Assembly: GCA_963712115.1 (NCBI GenBank) | Contig: CAVQGX010000026.1 | Location: forward strand, 76,055-140,054 | Direction of reading: 5' to 3' | Source of the DNA: an uncultured delta proteobacterium | Lineage (GTDB): Bacteria > Desulfobacterota > Syntrophobacteria > BM002 | DNA: 64,000 bases | The notes under the pieces: model-generated | Told to the model about the DNA's origin: nothing | The model's input: only the letters and a program-made list of their open reading frames with translations | Database searches by the model: none | Made by a program: the position numbers and the translations under genes | In this document: one piece after another, positions 1-10,557 of the stretch | Position numbering within the stretch: position 1 is the first letter of the stretch | How the letters are laid out: each line of letters begins with the position of its first letter

Positions 1-205
1 TTGTTTCAACGCCACAATGACATTTAACTATGAATGACAGCGTAGCGAAACTGGGAACCCGCTTGCGGGACTGAGCGGAGCGCAGCGAGCGCGAATAATT
101 GACCTAATGACCATAAATGACGCCGCAGGCATAATGACGGCGAAGCCATATGACGCGTAGTAAATGACCTGTTGAATGCCAGCCGTCAGCTTCCAGCTGA
201 CAAAT

Positions 206-250
206 AAAAAAGCCCAGGCAACCCGAGATCTAGAGCCCGGGCGCCTGGGC
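206..250 (-). terminator. Intrinsic terminator after groEL
   Basis: Minus-strand stem GCCCAGGC...GCCTGGGC followed by a U-tract. Confidence 0.8.
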
Positions 251-274
251 CGCATTTGTAACTCCTTTGGTGAA

Positions 275-1948
<1,674 letters not shown>

Positions 1949-2236
1949 CTATTTAATTATGGCAAGAATATCGTCCTCACGCATGATTAGATGTTCCTCG
2001 CCATCAATCTTGATGTCCGTTCCCGCATACTTACCAAAAAGCACTCGGTCTCCCTTTTTGACGCTAACCGGACTAACCTTGCCATTTTCCAATATCTTTC
2101 CTTTGCCAGCAGCAACAACTTTACCCTGCTGGGGCTTTTCTTTAGCAGTATCAGGAATAATAATACCGCCGGTGGTCTTTTCCTCCTCCTTGATCCGTTT
2201 GACAATGACTCGATCTTGCAAAGGTCTCAGCTTCAT
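1949..2236 (-). CDS. groS: Co-chaperonin GroES
   Basis: [10 protein letters not shown]...[13 protein letters not shown]; start placed at the ATG following AGGAG. Confidence 0.98.
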   Translation of the reverse strand: MKLRPLQDRVIVKRIKEEEKTTGGIIIPDTAKEKPQQGKVVAAGKGKILENGKVSPVSVKKGDRVLFGKYAGTDIKIDGEEHLIMREDDILAIIK

Positions 2237-2323
2237 GCCATCACTCTCCTTTTCTAATAGCACTCCCCTAGAGTGCAAAATTGATTTAGATATTGTGGGA
2301 GTCTGTACTTCCTCAGAGAATTG

Positions 2324-2350
2324 TTAGCACTCGTCTAGGATGAGTGCTAA
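2324..2350. promoter_or_regulatory. CIRCE element (HrcA operator)
   Basis: Perfect TTAGCACTC-N9-GAGTGCTAA upstream of groES. Confidence 0.97.
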
Positions 2351-2432
2351 CACAGAGAAATTTACCGATTCGTAGAAAAAATTCAAGTGCTAAAATAGGT
2401 TTTCTCCCTCTAAATAACATAGGATGCTTAGG

Positions 2433-2460
2433 AAAATAAGGCGTAATCTTCAAATGTCAA
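2433..2460 (-). promoter_or_regulatory. Putative sigma70 promoter of groESL
   Basis: TTGACA-N16-TATTTT upstream of CIRCE. Confidence 0.45.
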
Positions 2461-2785
2461 GACTTTCCTCTTTTGTTCGCCTCAATACTTCATTTTGATC
2501 CCTAAAAAAAGAAAGAAGAGAGAACTCAATGGGGATTATCATAGCATTAACCCGCGGCTAGATTTGCCTTGACAAACTAAATGGCCTTGGGCATTGTTAG
2601 CGCCAATATATGTGTTCCCAGCTTCCCCTCTTTGCCGCAGGCGGTCAAATTGGGGTTTTCGTTTTGCCGTTGTATTTGCCTGGCAGAAAACAACCTGCCT
2701 CTCGGTTATAATTTTAGCGAAGGCCGGTTGTCCGCCTTGCCGGTTGGGAAGATACCTGCAAATTTCACTCATTTAGGATGAGCAG

Positions 2786-3265
2786 TTGAATTCCAATAAT
2801 AACAACAGCTCGATCACCGTTAGAAAAAATGGCAATGGAATAGTGGCGGAAATAACCGTCGCTGCCGGGACAGAACGTGTTTGGCGTATTCTGACTTCCT
2901 TTGATGAAATGGGCGCACATCTGAGCGGACTAAAAACAAGCAAAGTATTAAGAAAAGAAGGCAATTACCTTCTGGTAGAACAAAGGGCGAAAGTGGGAAT
3001 TTCGCTCTTATCATTTTCTTTTCGAGTGGTTATGGACGTTGTCGAAGATAGACCCTTCCTCTATTTCAGCCAGCGCCAGGGATCCTTTGCAACCTTCCGC
3101 GGCCATTGGAGGGTCGAACCTAAATCGGACGGCAAGGGAACCCGGATTAGCTATTATCTCGAAGCTAGTCCGGCTCAGAGTCTGGGAGGTCGACAGTTTG
3201 GCAATCTGATGATCAAACAAAACTTGCAGCAATTAGCTTGCTGGATCGATAATGGGGGAATTTAG
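2786..3265 (+). CDS. SRPBCC/polyketide cyclase (START-like) protein
   Basis: VWRILTSFD...GSFATFRGHWRVEP...TRISY pattern. Confidence 0.75.
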   Translation: MNSNNNNSSITVRKNGNGIVAEITVAAGTERVWRILTSFDEMGAHLSGLKTSKVLRKEGNYLLVEQRAKVGISLLSFSFRVVMDVVEDRPFLYFSQRQGSFATFRGHWRVEPKSDGKGTRISYYLEASPAQSLGGRQFGNLMIKQNLQQLACWIDNGGI

Positions 3266-3281
3266 GAATTGAGGAGTCCCT

Positions 3282-3527
3282 ATGCGCCGGCACCGTCATG
3301 ACTTTGTGGAAAAATACCAGGGGATAATGGCCTTCGGCTATTCCCGCGAGGAAGATGAACGCTCCCTGATAGTTTTTCTGCAAAAGTTCTCCGACGATGA
3401 CCTCATGGAACTGCTAAGGGGTCGAGTTAGCGACTCAGAGATTGACAATCTGGTTGATCTCCTTACGGGCCTAATGAAAAAACATCTGAGCGAAGAAGAG
3501 TATCATCGTTATTTCCTCAAAGACTAA
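3282..3527 (+). CDS. Small cytoplasmic hypothetical protein
   Basis: GAGGAG RBS; 81 aa ending EEEYHRYFLKD. Confidence 0.8.
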   Translation: MRRHRHDFVEKYQGIMAFGYSREEDERSLIVFLQKFSDDDLMELLRGRVSDSEIDNLVDLLTGLMKKHLSEEEYHRYFLKD

Positions 3528-3589
3528 AAGGCATAGGGCATGGGGCATGGCGCAGAGGGCGAGACTTAAGGACTAAGGAGGAGCAACAG

Positions 3590-4675
3590 ATGGGGAAGCG
3601 CATTTATAACTTCAACCCAGGTCCAGCTGCGCTGCCATTGCCTGTTCTTGAAGAGATTCAAGCGGAGTTCTTGGATTACAGGGGATCTGGCATGTCCATA
3701 ACCGAAGTGAGCCATCGCTCTGCCTTGTTCGATGAGGTGATAAACGATGCCAAGCTGCGGGTCAGACGGCTGCTTGAATGTGGGGAAGACTATGAGGTGC
3801 TATTTCTCCAAGGAGGAGCGAGTCTGCAATTTTCCATGGTGCCAATGAATTTGCTACCGGATGATCAGTTCGCTGACTACGTGAACACCGGCTCTTGGTC
3901 TACAAAGGCCATAAAAGAGGCTCAGATTCTGAATAAAGAGGTGCGGGTGGTTGCCTCTTCGGAGGACCGTGACTTCACCTATATTCCAAGGAATATCAGC
4001 TTAAATGAGGATGCGGCCTATGTACACATAACTTCTAATAATACCATTCGCGGTACCCAATGGAGCAGTTTCCCCGATACGGGAACCGTACCCCTGGTAA
4101 GTGACGTTTCCTCTGACATCATGGGCCGCGCTATGGACCTAGCCCCCTTTGGACTCATTTATGCGGGGGCCCAGAAAAATCTGGGACCGGCAGGTGTCAC
4201 CCTGGTGGTAATCCGAAGAGACATGCTTGAGCGCGTACCGGACAATCTGCCCATTATGTTGAAGTACACCACTTTCGCCGCCAAGAACTCAATGTTCAAT
4301 ACCCCGCCTTGTTTCGCCATCTACGTGGTTCAACTGGTGCTCAAATGGCTGGAAGAAAACGTAGGTGGTCTGGCCAAGATGGAACAGATAAACAAGGAAA
4401 AGGCAGCACTTGTTTACAACTACCTGGATAAGAGTGATTTTTACTGGGGCACTGCGGAAAAAGAAGACCGGTCGATGATGAATGTCACTTTCCGCTTAAC
4501 AGATCAATCTCTTGAGCAAATATTCATCGACCAAGCCTTGGCAAGTGGTCTAGGGGGCCTCAAAGGACATCGCTCGGTTGGCGGCTGCCGCGCCTCCCTC
4601 TATAATGCCACAGACCTTGAGGCAGTGGAGGCCCTGGTCTCGTTCATGGCAGATTTCGAACGTAGTTATGGTTAA
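3590..4675 (+). CDS. serC: Phosphoserine aminotransferase
   Basis: NFNPGPA, GAQKNLGPAG (PLP Lys), KGHRSVGG. Confidence 0.97.
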   Translation: MGKRIYNFNPGPAALPLPVLEEIQAEFLDYRGSGMSITEVSHRSALFDEVINDAKLRVRRLLECGEDYEVLFLQGGASLQFSMVPMNLLPDDQFADYVNTGSWSTKAIKEAQILNKEVRVVASSEDRDFTYIPRNISLNEDAAYVHITSNNTIRGTQWSSFPDTGTVPLVSDVSSDIMGRAMDLAPFGLIYAGAQKNLGPAGVTLVVIRRDMLERVPDNLPIMLKYTTFAAKNSMFNTPPCFAIYVVQLVLKWLEENVGGLAKMEQINKEKAALVYNYLDKSDFYWGTAEKEDRSMMNVTFRLTDQSLEQIFIDQALASGLGGLKGHRSVGGCRASLYNATDLEAVEALVSFMADFERSYG

Positions 4676-4734
4676 ACGCCTAGCGCTTTAACCAGCAGGC
4701 AGCGGACAGCTCGCAGCAGGCAGTCGTTTTAACT

Positions 4735-4945
4735 AGGCACTAGGAACTAAGCACTAGACACTAGGCACAGCAGGGCGACGCGGTGAAACGGCGAGACGGA
4801 GACGCGGCGAAAATACCAGAAATTGAGAGGAATTCTGTTTTGATAGCTTTTCTCCTGAATTCTGGATTCTGGCTCCTTGCTCTATGCCCCATGCTCAATG
4901 CCCTATGCCTTTTTGAATCCGCAATCCGCAATCCGCAATCCCAAA
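4735..4945. repeat. Intergenic repeat family A (GGGCATA/CAGAATC/GCCTAGT heptamer modules plus CGCCGT-rich block)
   Basis: Near-identical reverse complement at ~27135-27310; relatives at ~20578, 33220, 35750, 39447, 44833, 47388. Confidence 0.85.
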
Positions 4946-5011
4946 TTGACAAAGTGCCTAGCTCTCTCCGCCTTGCCCCTCGCGCAATGAGGTCTGGGAG
5001 GACTTGACGCC

Positions 5012-5638
5012 GTGCTCTTCTACTACCGCGTCGATCGTGCCCTGGCTGTCGGTTCCCCCTGGTGTCGTTGGCTGATTTCTCGGGCTCCCACTTCTGTTGT
5101 CCTTAAATACAACAGGACCTTTCCCCCCTATCATCCCACCACGAGAATGTGCCTGAGTCTAATGCTCCAGATTCTGAAGGAACGATCCTATCAAGACCTT
5201 GTGGATGTGGGGTGCGGAAGCGGTGTTCTCGCGCTAGCAGGCTTAAAACTGGGTATCGAGAGGGCAGTAGCACTGGATATCGACCCCCAAGCGCTTAACC
5301 TTAGTAGAATAAATGGACAATTAAATGGGTTGGCAAGCAGACTTATGCTGGTCAAGGGTTCAGCCGAAGCAGTAGCTGGCTGCTTTGATCTGGTACTAGC
5401 AAACTTGCCTATGCAGGTGCTCACTGAAAAACTCCCGGAGCTGTGTCGCCTAAGTAGGGCCGGAGGCGGGCTGGTGCTCTCAGGCTTTCAGGATCTAGAC
5501 AAGCCTTTGCTGCAAGAAAAACTAGGACATCAGGGACTGAAAGAAAAAACGTGGTTGAGTGCGGATCTCACTTTTTTTGGCGAGTCACCAACCGGGAGTT
5601 TTACCTGGATGGCGGTGCATGCCACTAGAGACCACTAG
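5012..5638 (+). CDS. PrmA-like class I SAM-dependent methyltransferase (short)
   Basis: HPTTRMCL, DVGCGSGVL, FDLVLAN, LVLSG; start uncertain. Confidence 0.75.
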   Translation: MLFYYRVDRALAVGSPWCRWLISRAPTSVVLKYNRTFPPYHPTTRMCLSLMLQILKERSYQDLVDVGCGSGVLALAGLKLGIERAVALDIDPQALNLSRINGQLNGLASRLMLVKGSAEAVAGCFDLVLANLPMQVLTEKLPELCRLSRAGGGLVLSGFQDLDKPLLQEKLGHQGLKEKTWLSADLTFFGESPTGSFTWMAVHATRDH

Positions 5639-5639
5639 G

Positions 5640-5810
5640 CACTACGCACTGAGTAACATGAAGTCAGTTGCTTCGCGTCACTTGGCTGCGCCGTCATTAG
5701 GCCTTGCGGCCGTCATTAAGTTGTTACAACAAATTATCTATGAATGACAGCGTAGCGTTAATGACCATAAATGACGCCGAAGGCAACTGACCACCCATGA
5801 CGGGAGCAGC
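5640..5810. repeat. Intergenic repeat family B (AATGAC-spaced mini-hairpins)
   Basis: GTCATT/AATGAC units separating short hairpins; also at 10-190, 19060-19240, 34665-34860, 37856-38030, 42684-42845, 59715-59835. Confidence 0.8.
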
Positions 5811-5840
5811 CCGCAGTGGGCAGCAGGCAGAAATTTTCAG

Positions 5841-6935
5841 CTAAATTTTGAATTCCAAGCGTATATGCTCAGATACCTGGCGAGTAAGGGAGATTACTCT
5901 CTCGGCCAGGGCTTCAGTCAGGGTGCCACAACCGCAGCTGGGAGTAATAAGCGCTTGGCGAAAGATGGTTTCCAGCGAAAGATCATTGCCGACCAGCTCC
6001 TCGACCTGGCTGCGCCAGCGACTCACTAAGGAATCAGAGCTTTCTTGATTGATATGATCCGCTTCCATAGTCGGAACGATACCCCAGGCTACCAGGCCGC
6101 CGCGGTCGAGGTACGGAACCAGATCCGGACGATAGAGAGCAAAACGGTCAAAGTAGTTATAGGCGTCGAAATTGATCAGGTCCAAAGAACTTCCGAAGAA
6201 AAGAGACCAGTCAGTGTTTGCGCAAACGTGAGTACCTGCGAGACCGCCAGCTTTATGAATATGGCTGGCCACCTCATTGTGCAGAGTGATGATCTCTTCT
6301 GCCGAAACGCTGATAAAGGCAGATGAGCCAAACCCGGCTAGGGCGGGCTCGTCGATGAATACAATAACAGGCAGTCCAGAGCGGGCCAATCGTTCGACCT
6401 GCCACTGCGCCTTGAGGGCGAGAGTCTTAACCACCACATCACGGAGTCGAGGGTCGTAGAGGGCAAGTTGATCATTCTCGTTTTTCAGACCCGCCAGCAA
6501 AGTAAAAGGTCCGGTGATTTGGCCCTTTACCGCAGCAGGGCGCGGCTGCTGCCGTTCCAGCCTGTCCAGAAAGGCAAAGAAAGTCCTGCCCGTGTCGTCT
6601 CCGAAACGAAAGCGGGACTTTTCCAAAGGAAGCTCGCCATCTGAGGCTGCCAGGTATTCCTCATAAAATTTGAGCAATTCCTCCTCGAAGTTTGGGGCAG
6701 AGGTGACAAACAGGGTACGGTTGTCTCTGCGCACCAATCCAGGCAGGCCTTCGTTGAACTGCACCATCATCTGTTCGGGGTTATAGGGCGAAAGTTGCGG
6801 CCAGACAGGAATTTCCACCATCTGTTCAAACACCAGGTCTAAAGCCCTCCGGCGATCATCATGGGGCAAGCTTCCCACCAGAGTGGCGGCTGCGTTAGGG
6901 TGCCATTTTTCAACAGTATCAGACAAGACTCTCAC
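5841..6935 (-). CDS. Core (single-barrel) MetE-like methionine synthase, MesB-like
   Basis: GSLPH..IPVWPQL, KGQITGPFT, DEP, HVC and TPSCG zinc-ligand motifs; 364 aa. Confidence 0.8.
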   Translation of the reverse strand: MRVLSDTVEKWHPNAAATLVGSLPHDDRRRALDLVFEQMVEIPVWPQLSPYNPEQMMVQFNEGLPGLVRRDNRTLFVTSAPNFEEELLKFYEEYLAASDGELPLEKSRFRFGDDTGRTFFAFLDRLERQQPRPAAVKGQITGPFTLLAGLKNENDQLALYDPRLRDVVVKTLALKAQWQVERLARSGLPVIVFIDEPALAGFGSSAFISVSAEEIITLHNEVASHIHKAGGLAGTHVCANTDWSLFFGSSLDLINFDAYNYFDRFALYRPDLVPYLDRGGLVAWGIVPTMEADHINQESSDSLVSRWRSQVEELVGNDLSLETIFRQALITPSCGCGTLTEALAERVISLTRQVSEHIRLEFKI

Positions 6936-7237
6936 TCCTAATTTCTCAGGAATTAAATAGCTCTGTTCTCTTAAAAAATAACAGAGCCGAGGATCTCGAG
7001 TCTGGGTATCACACAGTCAAGGTTGTGTCAATGTAAGAAGGGAAACAGGAGTTTCCCCAGAAATATTTTTGTGACATAGGCCACGGGAAAGCTACTCCAC
7101 AACGATCATATTCGCACCATCTATTGGCAGAGTTCCTGCTTAGGAAGCACCACATCTTCATGCAGGCCCTTTCGAGGCTGAGATTGGTAAAGATAGGTTG
7201 CTCAGATGCTCGTTGTTTCGCAGCTTCCCCTTTTGGC

Positions 7238-7460
7238 TTTGGCTGATGTCTCTTCTGAGTGACTGCTGAAGGTCTGTGTCACTTCCCCGGCTGTGGATGG
7301 GGGAGCCCCTGGCCCGCCGAAGCATTGCGAAGGCGGGAACAGGGAGGGGGGCCGCCTCCCCGGCCACAGCTGGGCTAGAAGTGACCAGACCGTGAGCCCT
7401 GGCCTCCGGCCCATAGGGGCCTACGCCCCGGTGGGAACGACAGAAGAGACATCAGCCAAA
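7238..7460. other. Long nested hairpin element (candidate ncRNA or MITE-like)
   Basis: 20-bp perfect inverted repeat 7238-7257/7441-7460 enclosing further nested stems. Confidence 0.6.
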
Positions 7461-7529
7461 CCACTTCGTGTAACATCCGGGCTAAGTAAACAGCGCAAAT
7501 CAGGGGGGATTATACCGCTGGAATAAAGG

Positions 7530-7558
7530 TTGACAAAAATTGGGCAATTGATTAGACT
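7530..7558 (+). promoter_or_regulatory. sigma70 promoter of tRNA-Gly
   Basis: TTGACA-N17-TAGACT, 12 nt before the tRNA. Confidence 0.8.
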
Positions 7559-7570
7559 TCCTACGCCTGA

Positions 7571-7646
7571 GCGGGCATAGCTCAGTTGGTAGAGTACGAG
7601 CTTCCCAAGCTCGGTGTCGCGGGTTCGAATCCCGTTGCCCGCTCCA
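7571..7646 (+). tRNA. tRNA-Gly (CCC)
   Basis: Cloverleaf; anticodon arm CGAGC-TTCCCAA-GCTCG; GGTTCGAATC; encoded CCA. Confidence 0.97.
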
Positions 7647-7853
7647 TCAGCTCTTCCAGTTGAGCTGGTGAGCTTGGCGGAGGGAACACGGCTGAAAGCC
7701 GATGTTCATGTCCCTTTTTGAGGTAGCTGCCAGGTGGACAGGGAGCCACCGGCGGTGCGCTTACTTCGATTAGTGGATTTTTAGGTTATAGACTTGCTTG
7801 CTTCAAAAGCCAGCTTTTGTTGTCGATTTAGTTATAATCTAGTCTGCTAGGAG

Positions 7854-7878
7854 AAGTGGGCGTCAGCCCACTTTTTTT
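7854..7878 (+). promoter_or_regulatory. rimP leader hairpin
   Basis: AAGTGGGC-gtca-GCCCACTT plus T-tract directly before rimP; TATAAT at 7833. Confidence 0.7.
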
Positions 7879-8354
7879 TGTATATGAAGGAAGATCAACA
7901 AGCACAGATCCACAGGCAGGTGGAAGAAATCTGCGAGTCTCTTGTCGTTTCAGAGGGAATGGAGTTGGTGGACCTTGAGTATCGCAGGGAGGGTCCCCGA
8001 TGGATGCTCCGACTTTTCATAGACAAAGAGGGGGGAGTTAATATTGATGACTGCGCCCGCATTAGTCGGGAGTTAGGCGATCTTTTGGAGGTGAAGGACG
8101 TTATTCCCCAAGCCTATGTGCTTGAAGTCTCTTCGCCAGGATTGAATCGGCGGATTAGGAAAAAGGAGGATTTTTCTCGGTTTGTCGGTCAAAAGGTTCA
8201 GCTCTGGCTAGTTTCGCCCAAGGATGGTCGGAGAAAGATTGTGGGGGACCTAGTTGGAGTTGAAGGAGAAGAGGTAGTTGTGACAGCTACCGAGGGCCGC
8301 TTCTCGGTGGCACTGAAGGATATAGCCAGGGCCAATTTGATCTATGAATTCTAA
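7878..8354 (+). CDS. rimP: Ribosome maturation factor RimP
   Basis: LRLFIDK, DDCARIS, YVLEVSSPG. Confidence 0.96.
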   Translation: MYMKEDQQAQIHRQVEEICESLVVSEGMELVDLEYRREGPRWMLRLFIDKEGGVNIDDCARISRELGDLLEVKDVIPQAYVLEVSSPGLNRRIRKKEDFSRFVGQKVQLWLVSPKDGRRKIVGDLVGVEGEEVVVTATEGRFSVALKDIARANLIYEF

Positions 8355-8599
8355 AGCCTGAGGCAATGAGCTTTCGGACGTGGATGAACGGCCCGACAAA
8401 CTCCTGAAACGTTCTCAACTCGAAGGGGTTTTTGTAGCTCTTGAACTTTGCCTCGCTTATGGAATATTGGAATATTGGAATGCTGGAAACTGGGAAACCG
8501 CTTACATTTTTCTCCCCATTATTCCATTATTCCAAAATTCCATCATTCCAGTTGGCGAGCAAAGCTAAGCCAAGTTAGTGGATAAGGAGAACAACGGAA

Positions 8600-10063
8600 A
8601 TGATCCAGGATCTGAAAAGGTTAATAGAACAGGTCAGCAGAGATAAAGGCATTGAGCGGGACATACTTATCGCCACTCTGGAAGAGGCCATGCGGTCTGC
8701 TGCCAGGAAAAAATTCGGCCACGATCTCGATTTGGAAGTAGCCTACAACGATGAATTCGGAGAGATTGAAGCGTTTCAATTTAAAGAGGTAGTGGCAAAG
8801 GTAAAGGACCCAGTGTTGGAGATATCGCTCGCTGAGGGCCGCAAATTGGACCCCGAATGTGAGATCGGAGATAGCCTGGGTATAAAATTGGACACCGACA
8901 CCTTTGGCCGCATTGCTGCCCAATCAGCCAAGCAAGTCATCATCCAGAAAATGAAAGACGCCGAACGAGAGATGATCTACGAAGATTACAAGGACCGGCG
9001 CGGCGAGATCATCAACGGTATAGTTCAACGCTTGGACAAAGGGGGAATTACAGTAAACCTGGGTCGGGCCGAGGCCATTATCCCCTACCGGGAGCAGGTG
9101 CCCCGAGAGACTTACAGAAGGGGCGATCGCATTCGGGCTTTAGTACTGGAGGTGAACCGGGAAGCGCGCGGGCCTCAGATCATCCTCAGTCGAACCCACC
9201 CGGAGTTTATCATCAAGCTCTTCACTCTCGAGGTGCCCGAGATAGCCGAAGGCATTGTCACCATTATGGGAGCAACTCGGGAACCAGGTAGCAGGGCTAA
9301 GATAGCTGTGACCTCTAAAGATCCGGACATTGACCCCGTAGGCGCCTGTGTGGGGATGAAAGGCTCCAGGGTGCAAAGTGTGGTCCAAGAGTTGCGAGGT
9401 GAAAAAATAGACATTATTGAATACAACCCGGATCCTGCCAAATTCGTATGCAATGGGTTAGCGCCCGCAGTTATTTCCAAGGTCGTCATAGACCAGGCTA
9501 ATCGTCTTATGGAGGTTATAGTTCCCGATGATCAGCTTTCTCTTGCCATAGGTAAACGGGGCCAGAATGTGCGCTTAGCCTCAAAACTTACCGAGTGGCG
9601 CATAGACGTCAAGAGTGAGAGCAAGTATCAGAAATCACTCAAAGAGGGTTATGACTCACTCCTAGCACTGCCAGGGGTCGGGGATGCTACCGCCGACACT
9701 CTCTATGAGGCTGGGTTTGCCTCGGCAGAGGAGTTGGCTGGCGGCCTAGTGGAGGAACTGGTGGCGATTCCTGGTATAAGCCAGCAGAAAGCGGTGAAGT
9801 TTCTGGACGCAGCAAAAGAATATTTGGCCGAGCAAGAGGAAACTCAGGCCGAAAAGGAGAAGGCTCAGGCCGAGCAAGAGAAAGCTCAGGCCGAACAGGA
9901 GAAAGCTCAGGCCGAGCAAGAGAAAGCTCAGGCCGAACAGGAGAAGGCTCAGGCCGAGCAAGAAGAAGCTCAGGCCGAGCAAGAGGAAGCTCAGGCCGAG
10001 CAAGAGGAAGCTCAGGCCGATGAAAAGGAAAAACCTGAGGTTGAAGAGGGTGACAAAGCATAG
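8600..10063 (+). CDS. nusA: Transcription factor NusA with C-terminal heptad repeat
   Basis: FGRIAAQSAKQ, S1/KH domains, AIGKRGQNVRLA. Confidence 0.98.
   Translation: MIQDLKRLIEQVSRDKGIERDILIATLEEAMRSAARKKFGHDLDLEVAYNDEFGEIEAFQFKEVVAKVKDPVLEISLAEGRKLDPECEIGDSLGIKLDTDTFGRIAAQSAKQVIIQKMKDAEREMIYEDYKDRRGEIINGIVQRLDKGGITVNLGRAEAIIPYREQVPRETYRRGDRIRALVLEVNREARGPQIILSRTHPEFIIKLFTLEVPEIAEGIVTIMGATREPGSRAKIAVTSKDPDIDPVGACVGMKGSRVQSVVQELRGEKIDIIEYNPDPAKFVCNGLAPAVISKVVIDQANRLMEVIVPDDQLSLAIGKRGQNVRLASKLTEWRIDVKSESKYQKSLKEGYDSLLALPGVGDATADTLYEAGFASAEELAGGLVEELVAIPGISQQKAVKFLDAAKEYLAEQEETQAEKEKAQAEQEKAQAEQEKAQAEQEKAQAEQEKAQAEQEEAQAEQEEAQAEQEEAQADEKEKPEVEEGDKA
9827..10015 (+). repeat. Coding 21-bp tandem repeat, 9 copies (AEQEKAQ)
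   Basis: GCCGAGCAAGAG(A/G)AAGCTCAG-type units inside nusA. Confidence 0.95.
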
Positions 10064-10179
10064 TTAGCCGTTTCAGCTTTATGCAAGCCAGCGTGGATCC
10101 ATAATATTCAGGGCTCTGGTTTGTTGCGCCACTCATGGAATGGTGGAATATTGGAAAGTTGGGCTAGATAGGAAACGAA

Positions 10180-10473
10180 GTGGAGCTAATGGGGAAGAAA
10201 GGAAGGCAGCCGCAACGAACCTGCATTGTCTGTCGTAGCAAGAGAGCCAAGGCAGAACTTTTGAGGTTGGCCTTGGATAATAGGGAGAGAGTTTACTTAG
10301 ATCACCGGCAACACCACCATGGTCGTGGGGGTTATGTGTGCTCCAGACCAGAGTGCCTGACGCGAGTAAAACTGGTACACCTCAACAGGGCCTTTCGCCG
10401 AACACTATCTGAAGATGCATGGAATCCTGGCATGGCAATGGCTGAGGCTCTCAAGGGTTGTGAGGCTCAGTAA
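10180..10473 (+). CDS. ylxR: YlxR/DUF448 family RNA-binding protein
   Basis: PQRTCIVCR, GRGGYVC; lies between nusA and infB. Confidence 0.9.
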   Translation: MELMGKKGRQPQRTCIVCRSKRAKAELLRLALDNRERVYLDHRQHHHGRGGYVCSRPECLTRVKLVHLNRAFRRTLSEDAWNPGMAMAEALKGCEAQ

Positions 10474-10557
10474 AAAAGGGGTTGAATTTAGCCAGACACT
10501 CAAGAGCGGGGTTATGAATTTTAGCAAGTAGTACATTAATAGAAGTCGGGGGATTGC

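Noticed and set aside
4761-5007. Short ORFs over intergenic repeats (also 28-255, 8380-8568, 19143-19406, 38980-39183, 42575-42802)
   Set aside because: They overlap heptamer or palindromic repeat families and give low-complexity translations
7238-7460. SRP RNA, RNase P RNA or SAM/cobalamin riboswitch for the MetE-like gene
   Set aside because: Could not find their conserved motifs on either strand
9827-10015. Possible CRISPR array
   Set aside because: No spacers; in-frame coding tandem repeat; no cas genes. The intergenic repeat families also lack regular repeat-spacer periodicity
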